From an uncultured Acidobacteriota bacterium (GTDB taxonomy: Bacteria > Acidobacteriota > Vicinamibacteria > Fen-336), in assembly GCA_964568755.1 (NCBI GenBank), contig CAZMRX010000001.1, positions 1-52,808 of the forward strand: a stretch of DNA of 52,808 nucleotides, given 5' to 3'. The first letter of the stretch is position 1, and each line of letters starts with the position of its first letter. This document shows, piece by piece, positions 34,873-42,855 of the stretch. Position numbers and translations under genes: made by a program. The notes under the pieces were generated by a model. It did no database searches. It saw only the letters and a program-made list of their open reading frames with translations, and was not told where the DNA came from.

Positions 34873-36588
34873 CTAGTCCCGGTACGCCGCGCAGGCGGCC
34901 AGCCGCCGTTCGATCTCGGCGGTCTGCTGTCGGTACAGGGCTCCGCCGACTCCGCCGTAGCGGGACTGCAGCTCCTCGTCGGGGATGCCCTCCGGCAGGT
35001 CCGCCGCGGGCGGGAAGAAGTCGTCGACCTCGAATCCGCCCGCAAGCCGCTGCTGCACCCGAAGCGCGGACGCGTCGTCGCGCGTCGCGGCGTCGGCGAA
35101 GCTGGTGCCGGCACGGTCGGCCAGCAGGTCCGCGAACGAGAAACCGCTGCCGCCGTCGGCATCGAGCTCCTCCTTCAGCAGGCCGGCGGCGTCGCTGGGG
35201 GCCACGGCCGACAGGACGGTGAGCGCGCTGCTCACGGCAAAGTGCCGGGCCCAGTCGGCGCGTCCGCGCAGGCTGGCTTTAGCGGTGAGCTCGAGCGCCG
35301 CCGCCGAGCGCTCGTCGTCCAGGCGCTCGCCTACCGACCGGGCGAGTCGGGGGTGGCCGAGAACGATGCCCACCGCCAGGATCGCGGCACGGTTCTCCTC
35401 CGCGGCGGAGCCCGACGACGCGCTGCGCTCGCGCGCGCCGGCGAAGGCCGCCTCGAGCGCCCGCGCGAAGCGCACGTCCCCCTCGGGAGCCGTCGCCAGT
35501 GCCTGCAGCAGGCGGTCGACGTGGGCGTACACCGCCGCGCGGGTCGCCTCGCTCGCCTCCTCGCCCCACACGAGCCGCGCGACGAGGCCGGGCGGCATCT
35601 CCACGCGGCCGTACGTGAGCGTCGCCGCCTCGGGCGCAAAGGCCAGCGACTCGACCGCGGGCAGCACGCTGCGCAGGTCCCGGTCGCCCTGAAGGCCAGC
35701 GACCAGGAAAGGCGAAACGAGCTCGAGCAGCAACGACGGGAAGCGGATCCGGCCGACGCGCAGCTCGACGCCCGCCGCCGCCAGCCGACCCTTGTCGATG
35801 CCCGCGCGGGCCGCGGCCTCGATGTTCAGAAAGCGGCCGGTTCGGGGCACGGGCAGCGACAGCGCTGCGGCGATCCCCCCGTTCTTCAGGCGCACGCGGG
35901 TGCGCAGGTCGCGGCCGGTCGTGAGCGCGGCCCAGCCCGCGAGCCGGTCGAGCTCCGCCGCCGGAAGCCGCAGCGTCCGCGTCTCGCCGCGCGGCACCTT
36001 GCGCGGGTTCTTGCCCTGGAACAGCTCGACGATCCCCCGCTTCTCGGCCGAGGTGAGCGGCGCCGGCGGATCGAGCGCCGGCGCCGTCTCGAGCGAGAGC
36101 ACCGCGAGCCCGGCGGCGATCAGCAGCAGGACGAGGGCGTTCGCCAGCAGCGTCGGCAGGAACAGCAGCCGGGCGCGCCAGCCGCGCCGCCAGGCCAGGC
36201 CCGCCCACACTCCCACCAGGAGTCCGGCGCCGGGGACCAGCAGCTCGAACGGCCCGGGCGCCGACCCGGCGCGCGCCGCCAGCGCGAGCGCGGCGCTTGC
36301 CAGCGCCAGCACCAGCGCCGGCAGCGCGACCAGGCCGGCGCGGCGCAGCCGGCCTTCGTGGTCCGGCAGCACGAACACGGCGAAAAGCCCGAGCGGAGCG
36401 AAGCGCAGCGCCAGCGCCAGGGCCCGCAGCAGCACGCGGCCGGCCAGGAGCACGGCCCCCGCGAGCGAGCGCAGCTCGCCGAGCGCGGGAGCGCCGAAAG
36501 CGCGTGCCGAGGGCTCGAGCGCAGGCGTCGAGAGCAGCGCCGCCCAGCCGATCAGGCACGCGGCGGCGGCGAAGCGGGCGAGGAGCAA
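34873..36588 (-). CDS. Hypothetical membrane-anchored protein
   Basis: 571-aa ORF with a TTG start, so the start is uncertain. The N-terminal roughly 170 aa contain about 5 hydrophobic segments. The rest has normal, non-low-complexity composition. No family recognised. Confidence 0.45.
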   Translation of the reverse strand: MLLARFAAAACLIGWAALLSTPALEPSARAFGAPALGELRSLAGAVLLAGRVLLRALALALRFAPLGLFAVFVLPDHEGRLRRAGLVALPALVLALASAALALAARAGSAPGPFELLVPGAGLLVGVWAGLAWRRGWRARLLFLPTLLANALVLLLIAAGLAVLSLETAPALDPPAPLTSAEKRGIVELFQGKNPRKVPRGETRTLRLPAAELDRLAGWAALTTGRDLRTRVRLKNGGIAAALSLPVPRTGRFLNIEAAARAGIDKGRLAAAGVELRVGRIRFPSLLLELVSPFLVAGLQGDRDLRSVLPAVESLAFAPEAATLTYGRVEMPPGLVARLVWGEEASEATRAAVYAHVDRLLQALATAPEGDVRFARALEAAFAGARERSASSGSAAEENRAAILAVGIVLGHPRLARSVGERLDDERSAAALELTAKASLRGRADWARHFAVSSALTVLSAVAPSDAAGLLKEELDADGGSGFSFADLLADRAGTSFADAATRDDASALRVQQRLAGGFEVDDFFPPAADLPEGIPDEELQSRYGGVGGALYRQQTAEIERRLAACAAYRD

Positions 36589-36617
36589 CGCCCCATGCTA
36601 CCGCAGCCACTTGGGAT

Positions 36618-36623
36618 TAGACT
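36618..36623 (+). promoter_or_regulatory. -10-like hexamer TAGACT upstream of the small coiled-coil gene
   Basis: TTAGACTCGGA carries the same TAGACTCGG 9-mer as at 3775. GGAGG lies 9 nt before TTG 36645. Confidence 0.3.
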
Positions 36624-36644
36624 CGGAAGCGGAGGTCCCGCCCC

Positions 36645-36944
36645 TTGTCCGACGACGGCGCGCCGAAGACCGCGTACGAGCTGATCCTGGAACGGCTGAA
36701 GCAGAAGGACCGCGCGGACGGCGTCGCGGAGCGTGTGCTGAGCGAGGGCCAGAAGCAGAAGATCGCCGAGATCCGCAAGCTGTACGAGGCGAAGCTGGCG
36801 GAGCGCGAGATCCTGCACCAGTCGGAGCGGCGCAAGGCCGCCGACATGGACGCGCTCGAGCAGATCGAGCAGGAGTACCGGCGCGACCGCGAGCGCACCC
36901 TCAGCGAGCGCGACCGCAAGATCGACGAGGCGCGCGGCGACTAG
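36645..36944 (+). CDS. Small charged coiled-coil protein (hypothetical)
   Basis: 99 aa. TTG start with a good SD (GGAGG, 9-nt spacing). The sequence is Lys/Glu/Arg-rich with heptad character (ILERLKQKDRADG...KIAEIRKLYEAKLAEREIL...). Its stop shares the palindrome CTAG with the glgC stop. Confidence 0.5.
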   Translation: MSDDGAPKTAYELILERLKQKDRADGVAERVLSEGQKQKIAEIRKLYEAKLAEREILHQSERRKAADMDALEQIEQEYRRDRERTLSERDRKIDEARGD

Positions 36945-38194
36945 ATCGCGGCCCCGTCGGGGATGACGCCGCCCTTGGGCACGATCACGATCCCGTCGCG
37001 GATGTAGTAGCCCGGGCCGTCCTTCTCGCGCGCCCCCTCGCTGTTGAGGATGCGGACGCCCCGGCCGACGCGGGCGTTCTTGTCCACGATCGCGCGCTCG
37101 ATCACGCAGTCCTGCCCGATCCCCACGGGCGGCAGGCCCTTCGCCTGGGCGCGGTCGATCTCCTCCAGGCTCTCGTAGTAGTCGGCGCCCAGCACCAGGC
37201 TGTGGCGGATGCGCGTGCCCTGCCCGATGCGGCTGCGGATGCCGACGACCGAGCGCTCGATCTCGGCCCCCATCAGGATCCCGCCCTCCGAGACGAGCGC
37301 GCTCTTGAGCACGCAGCCTTCGATCTTGCTCGCGGGCAGGAAGCGCGGGTGGGTGTAGACCGGGCGCGCCACGTCGTAGAAGTCGAACGGCGGCATCGGG
37401 TCGCACAGCTGCAGGTTGGCTTCGTAGTAGGAGCCGATCGTCCCGACGTCCTCCCAGTAGCCGCGGAAGAAGTACGCCTGCACGCGCTGCTCGCCGATCG
37501 CCTTCGGAATCACGTGGCGCCCGAAGTCCACCAGCTCGCGGTCGGACGTGGCGCGATCGAGCGCCTCGCGCGAGAACATGTAGATGCCCATCGAGGCCAG
37601 GTAGCCCTTGCCGTAACCCGGGATGTCGGACTCGAGCTCCGGCAGGCGCTCCGGCTTCGGCTTCTCCTCGAAATGGACGATGCGGCCCTGGCGGTTGACC
37701 TTGAGGATCCCGAAGCCCGCCGTCTGCTCGGCCGTCACCGGCAGCACCGCGACCGTCGCGTCGGCGACGTGGCGCCGATGCGTGTCGAGCATCTTGCGGT
37801 AGTCCATCTGGTACAGCTGGTCGCCCGAGAGGATCAGCACCTCGCGGCTCCGGTGGCTGTCGAGGTGGCGCGTGCTCTGGCGCACGGCGTCGGCGGTGCC
37901 CTGGAACCACTCCGGGCTGTCCTCGGTCTGCTCGGCCGCGAGCACCGTGACGAAGGCCGAGCTGAACACGTCGAACTTGTACGTCATCGACAGGTGCTTG
38001 TTGAGGCTCTCCGAGTTGTACTGCGTCAGCACGAAGATGCGGCGCAGGTTCGAGTTGAGGCAGTTGCTGATCGGGATGTCGATCAGCCGGTACTTGCCGC
38101 CGATCGGCACGGCGGGCTTCGAGCGCTGGTGCGTGAGGGGAAACAGGCGCGTCCCGCGGCCGCCCCCGAGGATGACGGCGAGGCACTCGTTCAT
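36941..38194 (-). CDS. glgC: Glucose-1-phosphate adenylyltransferase
   Basis: 417 aa. Contains AVILGGGRGTRLFPLTHQRSKPAVPIGGKYRLIDIPISNC and a C-terminal left-handed beta-helix region. Confidence 0.9.
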   Translation of the reverse strand: MNECLAVILGGGRGTRLFPLTHQRSKPAVPIGGKYRLIDIPISNCLNSNLRRIFVLTQYNSESLNKHLSMTYKFDVFSSAFVTVLAAEQTEDSPEWFQGTADAVRQSTRHLDSHRSREVLILSGDQLYQMDYRKMLDTHRRHVADATVAVLPVTAEQTAGFGILKVNRQGRIVHFEEKPKPERLPELESDIPGYGKGYLASMGIYMFSREALDRATSDRELVDFGRHVIPKAIGEQRVQAYFFRGYWEDVGTIGSYYEANLQLCDPMPPFDFYDVARPVYTHPRFLPASKIEGCVLKSALVSEGGILMGAEIERSVVGIRSRIGQGTRIRHSLVLGADYYESLEEIDRAQAKGLPPVGIGQDCVIERAIVDKNARVGRGVRILNSEGAREKDGPGYYIRDGIVIVPKGGVIPDGAAI

Positions 38195-38266
38195 GCGACC
38201 GGCATTCTGTCACGCGATCGCGCGCGGCTGTCAAGGCACGGGCGGCTCTGCTAGTCTGGCCGTGGC

Positions 38267-39103
38267 ATGGACCAGGGGGCGGGCGCGCTCGCGGAGGCAC
38301 GGCCGGGAGTGCTGCGACGCGCCGCGGCGGGGGCCTGGCACGTGCCCGCCGGCTTCGTGTTCCTCTTGCGCCACCCCCGGCTCTGGCCGCTGGCGGCGCT
38401 GCCTGCGCTGGCCGCCCTGGCGTTCGCCACGTCGTTCGCGCTCGGGGGCCTGCTGCTCGCGCCGCGGGTGGAGGCGGCGGTCCTGCCCGAGCCCGGCCGC
38501 TACCCGGAGTGGATCGCGCTGCCCGCGAGCGTGCTGCTGTGGATCGCGACGGTGGGCGCCTCGGCGTTCCTCGGGCTCGGGATCGCCCTGGCCCTGGCCT
38601 CGCCGCTGCTCGAGCAGCTCTCGCGCCGCGTGGAGGCGCGAGCGCGCGGGCTCGTCCAGGACGCGTCGCCGGGGCTGGCGTTCGAGGTCGGCCAATCGCT
38701 GCGCGGGGCGGTCTACTTCCTGCTCGCGGCGCCCGTGCTGTTCGCGCTGGGCTTCATCCCGCTCGTCGGTCCGGCGCTCGCGGTGATGTGGGGCGCCCGC
38801 GCGGTGGCGCTGCAGATGACCGACCCCGCCCTCACGCGCCGCGGCATGAGCTTCGCCGACAAGCGGCGCTGGCACCGGGAGTGGCGCGTCGAGACCCAGG
38901 GCTTCGGCCTCGCCGGGATGCTCGGGCTGATCGTCCCGCTCGCCAACCTGCTGCTCGGCCCCGCGCTCGTCACCGGGGGCACGCTGCTGGTGCTCGAGCT
39001 CGAGGACGCGACCGGCCCCCGCTCGCGGGCGCTCCCGGCCGCAGAGCCAGGAGCCGCGACCCCGGAAGCGGGAGCCGCCGGAACGGACGCCGCTACAGGC
39101 TGA
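38267..39103 (+). CDS. EI24 / CysZ-family membrane protein
   Basis: 278 aa. The N-terminal motif G..H.PAGFVFLLRHPRLW, four or more TM segments and ASPLLEQLSRRVE resemble the CysZ/EI24 domain. Confidence 0.55.
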   Translation: MDQGAGALAEARPGVLRRAAAGAWHVPAGFVFLLRHPRLWPLAALPALAALAFATSFALGGLLLAPRVEAAVLPEPGRYPEWIALPASVLLWIATVGASAFLGLGIALALASPLLEQLSRRVEARARGLVQDASPGLAFEVGQSLRGAVYFLLAAPVLFALGFIPLVGPALAVMWGARAVALQMTDPALTRRGMSFADKRRWHREWRVETQGFGLAGMLGLIVPLANLLLGPALVTGGTLLVLELEDATGPRSRALPAAEPGAATPEAGAAGTDAATG

Positions 39104-40028
39104 CGCCGCGCGCCTCGCGCCGCTTGCGGCGCTCCTCGGGCTTGGCGAGCGTGACCTTGAGCTCGACCGGCCGGCCGTCGCGCTGGACCGTGATCGCGAC
39201 CTCGCTGCCCCCGTCGGCCTCCGACAAGGCGTCGCGCAGGTCGTCGCCGTCCGCGATCGCGTCGTCCTTCAGCTTCAGGATCACGTCGCCGGCCTTCATG
39301 CCCGCCCTCGCGGCAGGTCCGTCGGCGTCGACCGACGTCACGAGCACTCCCGACTTGCCGGAGAGCTTGAAGTAGCCCGCGAGCTGCTCGCCGAGCTCCA
39401 TGTACTCGACGCCCAGCTTGCGCGGTCCGCCGCTCAGCATCGTGAACGCGAAGTCGCGCCCGTCGTCGCCCCGGAAGCTCCACGCCATCGGGGCGCGGGG
39501 CGCCATCGGCGGCAGCGGCGGGTGAGGAGCCGCGGGCGGATGCGGCGCAGCCATCTCCCACTCCGGCATCTCGAAGGTGAAGTCGTGCGGCCCCTCGCCG
39601 CGCAGCACCCGCATTCCCGTGCCGCCCTCGGCGAGAGTCGCGGTCAGCTTCTGCGTGGCTCCGCCGCGCGCGACCTCGATGGCGACGGCGCGGCCCGCGG
39701 GCGTCTCGGCCACGAGGCGCGTGAGCTGGCTGGCGCTGCGCACCGCCTCGCCGTCGAAGCGGACGATGACGTCGCCTTCCTGGATGCCGGCCTTGGCGGC
39801 CGCGCTCTCCTTCGCCACCGAGCGGACGCTGGCGCCGCGGGGCTCGCCCGTGGTGTCGCCGATCGTGACGCCGAGGCGCCCGCCGCCCGTGTGGCGTACG
39901 ACGACACGCTTCTCGACCTTCGGGTCCTCGTCGTCCGTGCCGAAGGCGCGCACGTGCCCCGGCCCGAGACAGAGGGATGCGACGAGAGCCCCGGCCACGC
40001 CCGTGGCGAGGGCGATCCTACCGTTCAT
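39093..40028 (-). CDS. Secreted protein with two PDZ domains
   Basis: 311 aa with a signal peptide. It has two PDZ-like blocks (GASVRSVAKESAAAKAGIQEGDVIVRFDGEAVRS... and GVLVTSVDADGPAARAGMKAGDVILKLKDDAI...). AGGAGG SD is present. Confidence 0.75.
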   Translation of the reverse strand: MNGRIALATGVAGALVASLCLGPGHVRAFGTDDEDPKVEKRVVVRHTGGGRLGVTIGDTTGEPRGASVRSVAKESAAAKAGIQEGDVIVRFDGEAVRSASQLTRLVAETPAGRAVAIEVARGGATQKLTATLAEGGTGMRVLRGEGPHDFTFEMPEWEMAAPHPPAAPHPPLPPMAPRAPMAWSFRGDDGRDFAFTMLSGGPRKLGVEYMELGEQLAGYFKLSGKSGVLVTSVDADGPAARAGMKAGDVILKLKDDAIADGDDLRDALSEADGGSEVAITVQRDGRPVELKVTLAKPEERRKRREARGVSL

Positions 40029-40102
40029 GGAACCTCCTCTTATTGCCCCGTCCTCGACCCTTCAGACGCGGGCCCGGACGGGAAAGTCGGTTCCCGGGAG
40101 AC

Positions 40103-40462
40103 TCAGTGCTGGTGGCCGCCCGAGCCTTCGCCCTCGGCCGTCTGGAACGAGTGGCCGCAGCCGCAGGTGGACTTGGCGTTCGGATTCTTGATCGCGAACC
40201 CCCCGCCCATCAGGTCTTCCTTGTAGTCGACCTCGGCTCCCTCGAGGTGCCGGAGGCTCATCGGGTCCACGATCACCTTGACCCCTTCGGCCTCGATCAC
40301 CTGGTCGTCTTCCGCGACCTCGTCGAGCACCATCCCGTACTGGAAGCCGGAGCAACCGCCTCCCTGCACGTAGATGCGGAGCCCGCCCTGCGGAAGGCTC
40401 TCCTTCTCCTGCTCCAGGATCCCCTTCACCTTGGCGGCTGCCGTGGCGGTCAACGTGATCAT
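40103..40462 (-). CDS. erpA: Iron-sulfur cluster insertion protein (A-type carrier, ErpA/IscA/HesB family)
   Basis: 119 aa from ATG 40462. Contains [16 protein letters not shown]...[11 protein letters not shown]...STCGCGHSF plus a short Gly/His tail. Confidence 0.9.
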   Translation of the reverse strand: MITLTATAAAKVKGILEQEKESLPQGGLRIYVQGGGCSGFQYGMVLDEVAEDDQVIEAEGVKVIVDPMSLRHLEGAEVDYKEDLMGGGFAIKNPNAKSTCGCGHSFQTAEGEGSGGHQH

Positions 40463-40487
40463 GCCCTTCGACTCCCTTGAATACCTC

Positions 40488-40516
40488 ATCGTAGTTCATC
40501 TGAACTGTTTTGTGAA
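40488..40516 (-). promoter_or_regulatory. Candidate erpA promoter (TTCACA-17-TACGAT) with a 14-bp palindrome in the spacer
   Basis: The minus strand reads TTCACA aaacAGTTCAgaTGAACT ACGAT. The -35 is at 40511-40516 and the -10 at 40488-40493. The perfect inverted repeat AGTTCA-N2-TGAACT spans 40493-40506. This is the only AT-rich patch of the region. Confidence 0.4.
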
Positions 40517-40520
40517 GTAT

Positions 40521-40557
40521 CACCCCGGGGGGCCAGGGGGGGCGGGATGCCCCCCCT
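40521..40557. repeat. G/C-run hairpin module, inverted copy of the 40711-40890 repeat head
   Basis: CACCCCGGGGGGCCAGGGGGGGCGGGATGCCCCCCCT. G7 (40536-42) can pair with C7 (40550-56). The reverse complement aligns with the head of the right-hand units (GGGGGGGC-CCGCCCCCCC-GGCCCCCC-GGGG). Confidence 0.75.
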
Positions 40558-40565
40558 CTAGCAAG

Positions 40566-40656
40566 TGTTCGTTGTCCTTTGTCCTTTGTCCTTTGTCCTT
40601 TGTCCTTTGTTCGTTGTCCGTTGTTCGTTGCCCGTTGTCCGTTGTTCGTTGCCCGT
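40566..40656. repeat. Array of 13 phased heptamers TGT(C/T)C(T/G)T
   Basis: Units in order: tgttcgt, (tgtcctt)x5, tgttcgt, then (tgtccgt tgttcgt tgcccgt)x2 as an exact 21-bp duplication. There is no phase break over 91 bp. The minus strand reads (AAGGACA)5 and ACGGACA x2. Confidence 0.95.
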
Positions 40657-40710
40657 TGACTCTCCAATCGCGGCTCTCGAAGGTGCACGAGGAGACCAGC
40701 TTTCTCTTAG

Positions 40711-40890
40711 CCGGGGGGGCGCCGCCCCCCCCGGACCCCCTGGGTTGTTGTCGTCGGTTGGCTTGTGCGCCCTCTTGGCAGGGGCGCCGCCCCCCGGACC
40801 CCCTGGGTTGTTGTCGTCGGATGGCCTGTTCGCCCTCTTGGCCGAGGGCGCCGCCCCCCCGGCCCCCCCTGGGGTTGTCGTGCCCCGAGG
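40711..40890 (+). repeat. Tandem repeat, about 63-65 bp unit, about 2.7 copies (G/C-run hairpin plus TG-rich tail)
   Basis: Unit: G-run CGCCG C-run GG(A/C)C5-7 T GGG(G) TTGTTGTCGTCGG(T/A)TGGC(T/C)TGT(G/T)CGCCCTCTTGGC. Units start near 40711, 40777 and 40845, and the third is truncated and diverged. Each head forms a 7-9 bp G:C hairpin. Confidence 0.85.
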
Positions 40891-40921
40891 CATAATGCCG
40901 TCGCCCCTCGGGAGCCTCTGG

Positions 40922-42109
40922 ATGACTTTCCCCCTCGATCTCACCCCTGAAGCCCTCGTGGAGCGCCTCGATCAATCCGGGTTGCGCGGGCGCGGCGGCG
41001 GCTGGTTTCCCGCGGCGCGAAAGTGGAAGGCCGTGCGCGCCGAGGGCGGCCGGCCGATGGTCATCGCGAACGGCGCCGAGGGCGAGCCGGGCTCGTTCAA
41101 GGACCGCTTCGTGATGCGGCGCCGGCCGGACGACGTCGTCCTTGGGCTGAGGCTCGCGGCTCGGGCCGTGGGTGCGAGCGACGCGGTCGTCTTCCTCAAG
41201 GCCTCGTTCGACGCGCCGGCGCGGGCGATCGAGAAGGCGCTCGCCGGCGCCGCGCTCGACGGCCTGCGCGTCGAGATCCGCCGTGGCGACGACGGCTACA
41301 TCACGGGCGAGGAGACGGCGCTCATCGAGTCGCTCGAGGGCCGCAAGCCCTGGCCGCGGCCGAAACCTCCGCTGCCGTTCGCCGTCGGCTTCGAGGGACG
41401 TCCGACGCTCGTCCAGAACGTCGAGACGCTCGCCCGGGTCGGCGACGCCATCGCCGAGCCCGCGGGTTTCCGCGCCGAGGAGTCCACGCTGCTCACGCTC
41501 TGGGGCGACGTGCGCAAGCCGGGCGTGCGCGAGGTGCGGCTCGGCACGCCGATCGGCGCGGTGATCGACGAGCACGCCGGGGGCGCGACGGACGAGATCG
41601 GGCTCGTGTTTCCCGCCGGGCCGGGCGCAGCTCCGCTGCTGCCGGAGCACCTCGACACCCCGCTCGATCCGGACGCGCTCCGCACGAAGGGCTCGGCGCT
41701 CGGGACCGGCGCCCTGCTGGTGGTCTCCGCCAGGGCTTGCCCGCTGGCCGCGGCGGTCTCGGTGGCGTCCTTCTACGAGCGTGAGAGCTGCGGGCAGTGC
41801 CCGCCGTGCGCCGTGGGCGCCGCGAGCCTCGCCCGCATCCTGCGTGGGCTGGAGTCGGGCGGCTCGCGTCCGAGAGACCTGCGCGACCTGCGCGACGTGG
41901 CCGGCTTCATGTCGGGCCACGGCTACTGCGCCCACTGCCGTGGCGCCGCTTCGCTCGCGACCGGGATGGTGAGCCGTCTCGCCGCGGCGGTCGAGGCGCA
42001 CGCCAACGGCGGCTGCCCGTGGCCCGGGCGGAGCCATCCCGACCCGTTCGGCCCCGGCTCGAGCGAGCGCGGCGCGCTCGAGCGTGCCGTGGAGGAGCAA
42101 CTCCGGTGA
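40922..42109 (+). CDS. NuoF-like NADH-binding FMN / 4Fe-4S flavoprotein (complex I 51-kDa subunit family), stand-alone
   Basis: ATG 40922 has GGGAG 7 nt upstream. An alternative ATG lies at 40895. Motifs: SGLRGRGGGWFPAARKW, NGAEGEPGSFKDR, YITGEETALIESLEG and the Fe-S motif ESCGQCPPCAVG...C. No nuoE or nuoG neighbours. Confidence 0.7.
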   Translation: MTFPLDLTPEALVERLDQSGLRGRGGGWFPAARKWKAVRAEGGRPMVIANGAEGEPGSFKDRFVMRRRPDDVVLGLRLAARAVGASDAVVFLKASFDAPARAIEKALAGAALDGLRVEIRRGDDGYITGEETALIESLEGRKPWPRPKPPLPFAVGFEGRPTLVQNVETLARVGDAIAEPAGFRAEESTLLTLWGDVRKPGVREVRLGTPIGAVIDEHAGGATDEIGLVFPAGPGAAPLLPEHLDTPLDPDALRTKGSALGTGALLVVSARACPLAAAVSVASFYERESCGQCPPCAVGAASLARILRGLESGGSRPRDLRDLRDVAGFMSGHGYCAHCRGAASLATGMVSRLAAAVEAHANGGCPWPGRSHPDPFGPGSSERGALERAVEEQLR

Positions 42110-42822
42110 GAAACGACCTCGCGATCCTGCTGCTGGCGACCCTCGCCTCGTACCCGATCGGCCTCGGGCTGCGCCAGCCGTGGCTGCTGCCGCTGCTCAA
42201 CGCGCTGCCGGCCTACATCGTGCTCGTGCACCGGCTGCGCAAGGGCGAGCGCGGCGGTGCGGTACGGGCGATGCTGTGGTGGGCGACGGCGCTCGCGCTC
42301 GTGGGCACGCTCGCGTTCGTGTGGTGGCCCGAGCCGCTCGGGCCGCTGGTCGTGAACGGCCCCGAGTACAAGGACGAGATGTTCCGCTGGATCCGCACCG
42401 GGCTCGGCCGCGAAGGCAGCCCGCGGCTGTTCCTCCCGCAGCACCTGCTGCACCTCGCGGCGTTCGTCGCGATCGGGCTCGTGAGCGTGAGCGCCGGCGC
42501 GATCCTGATGGGCGCCCTGCTGATGAACCAGATGTCGTTCTACGTCGCCGAGCTCGCCAAGGCGGGGATGCCGGCCTGGGGCGTGGCGCTCCTGGGCTGG
42601 TCGCCGTGGGCGATCGCGCGCGTCGCGGCCTTCGCGACGCTCGGCGTGCTGCTCGCGGAGCCGCTGTTCTTCCGCGTCTTCCCCGCCGCGCGCGGCCGGC
42701 TCAAGGTGACCGGCCGCGGCGCCTACGTGATGGCGGTGCTGAGCGGGATCCTCGCCGACTGGTTCCTGAAGGCGCTGCTCGCGCCGATCTGGGGCCGCTG
42801 GCTGCGCGCGCTCCTGCCCTGA
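42106..42822 (+). CDS. Hypothetical polytopic membrane protein, translationally coupled to the NuoF-like gene
   Basis: GTG 42106 overlaps the upstream TGA (GTGA). 238 aa with about 6 hydrophobic segments. No family recognised. Confidence 0.5.
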   Translation: MRNDLAILLLATLASYPIGLGLRQPWLLPLLNALPAYIVLVHRLRKGERGGAVRAMLWWATALALVGTLAFVWWPEPLGPLVVNGPEYKDEMFRWIRTGLGREGSPRLFLPQHLLHLAAFVAIGLVSVSAGAILMGALLMNQMSFYVAELAKAGMPAWGVALLGWSPWAIARVAAFATLGVLLAEPLFFRVFPAARGRLKVTGRGAYVMAVLSGILADWFLKALLAPIWGRWLRALLP

Positions 42823-42855
42823 GGCTCCCGCCCCGCGCTTGCGTCGCGGGCCGAC

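Noticed and set aside
40682-40699. Sigma54-type promoter on the minus strand (CTGGTCTCCTCGTGCAC)
   Set aside because: The GG-to-GC spacing is one nucleotide short of the -24/-12 consensus, and the flanking consensus bases are missing.
40566-40890. CRISPR array
   Set aside because: The repeats are contiguous with 7-bp and 63-65-bp periods and no unique spacers. No cas genes are present in the window.
40520-42100. ORFs running through the repeat region (40565 start of the 514-aa plus-strand ORF; minus-strand ORFs 40520-42100, 40558-40944, 40062-40688)
   Set aside because: The translations are repeat-driven (NGQRTKDKGQRT..., PPGPPG...), and a 7-bp period is incompatible with coding. The NuoF-like homology begins only after 40922.
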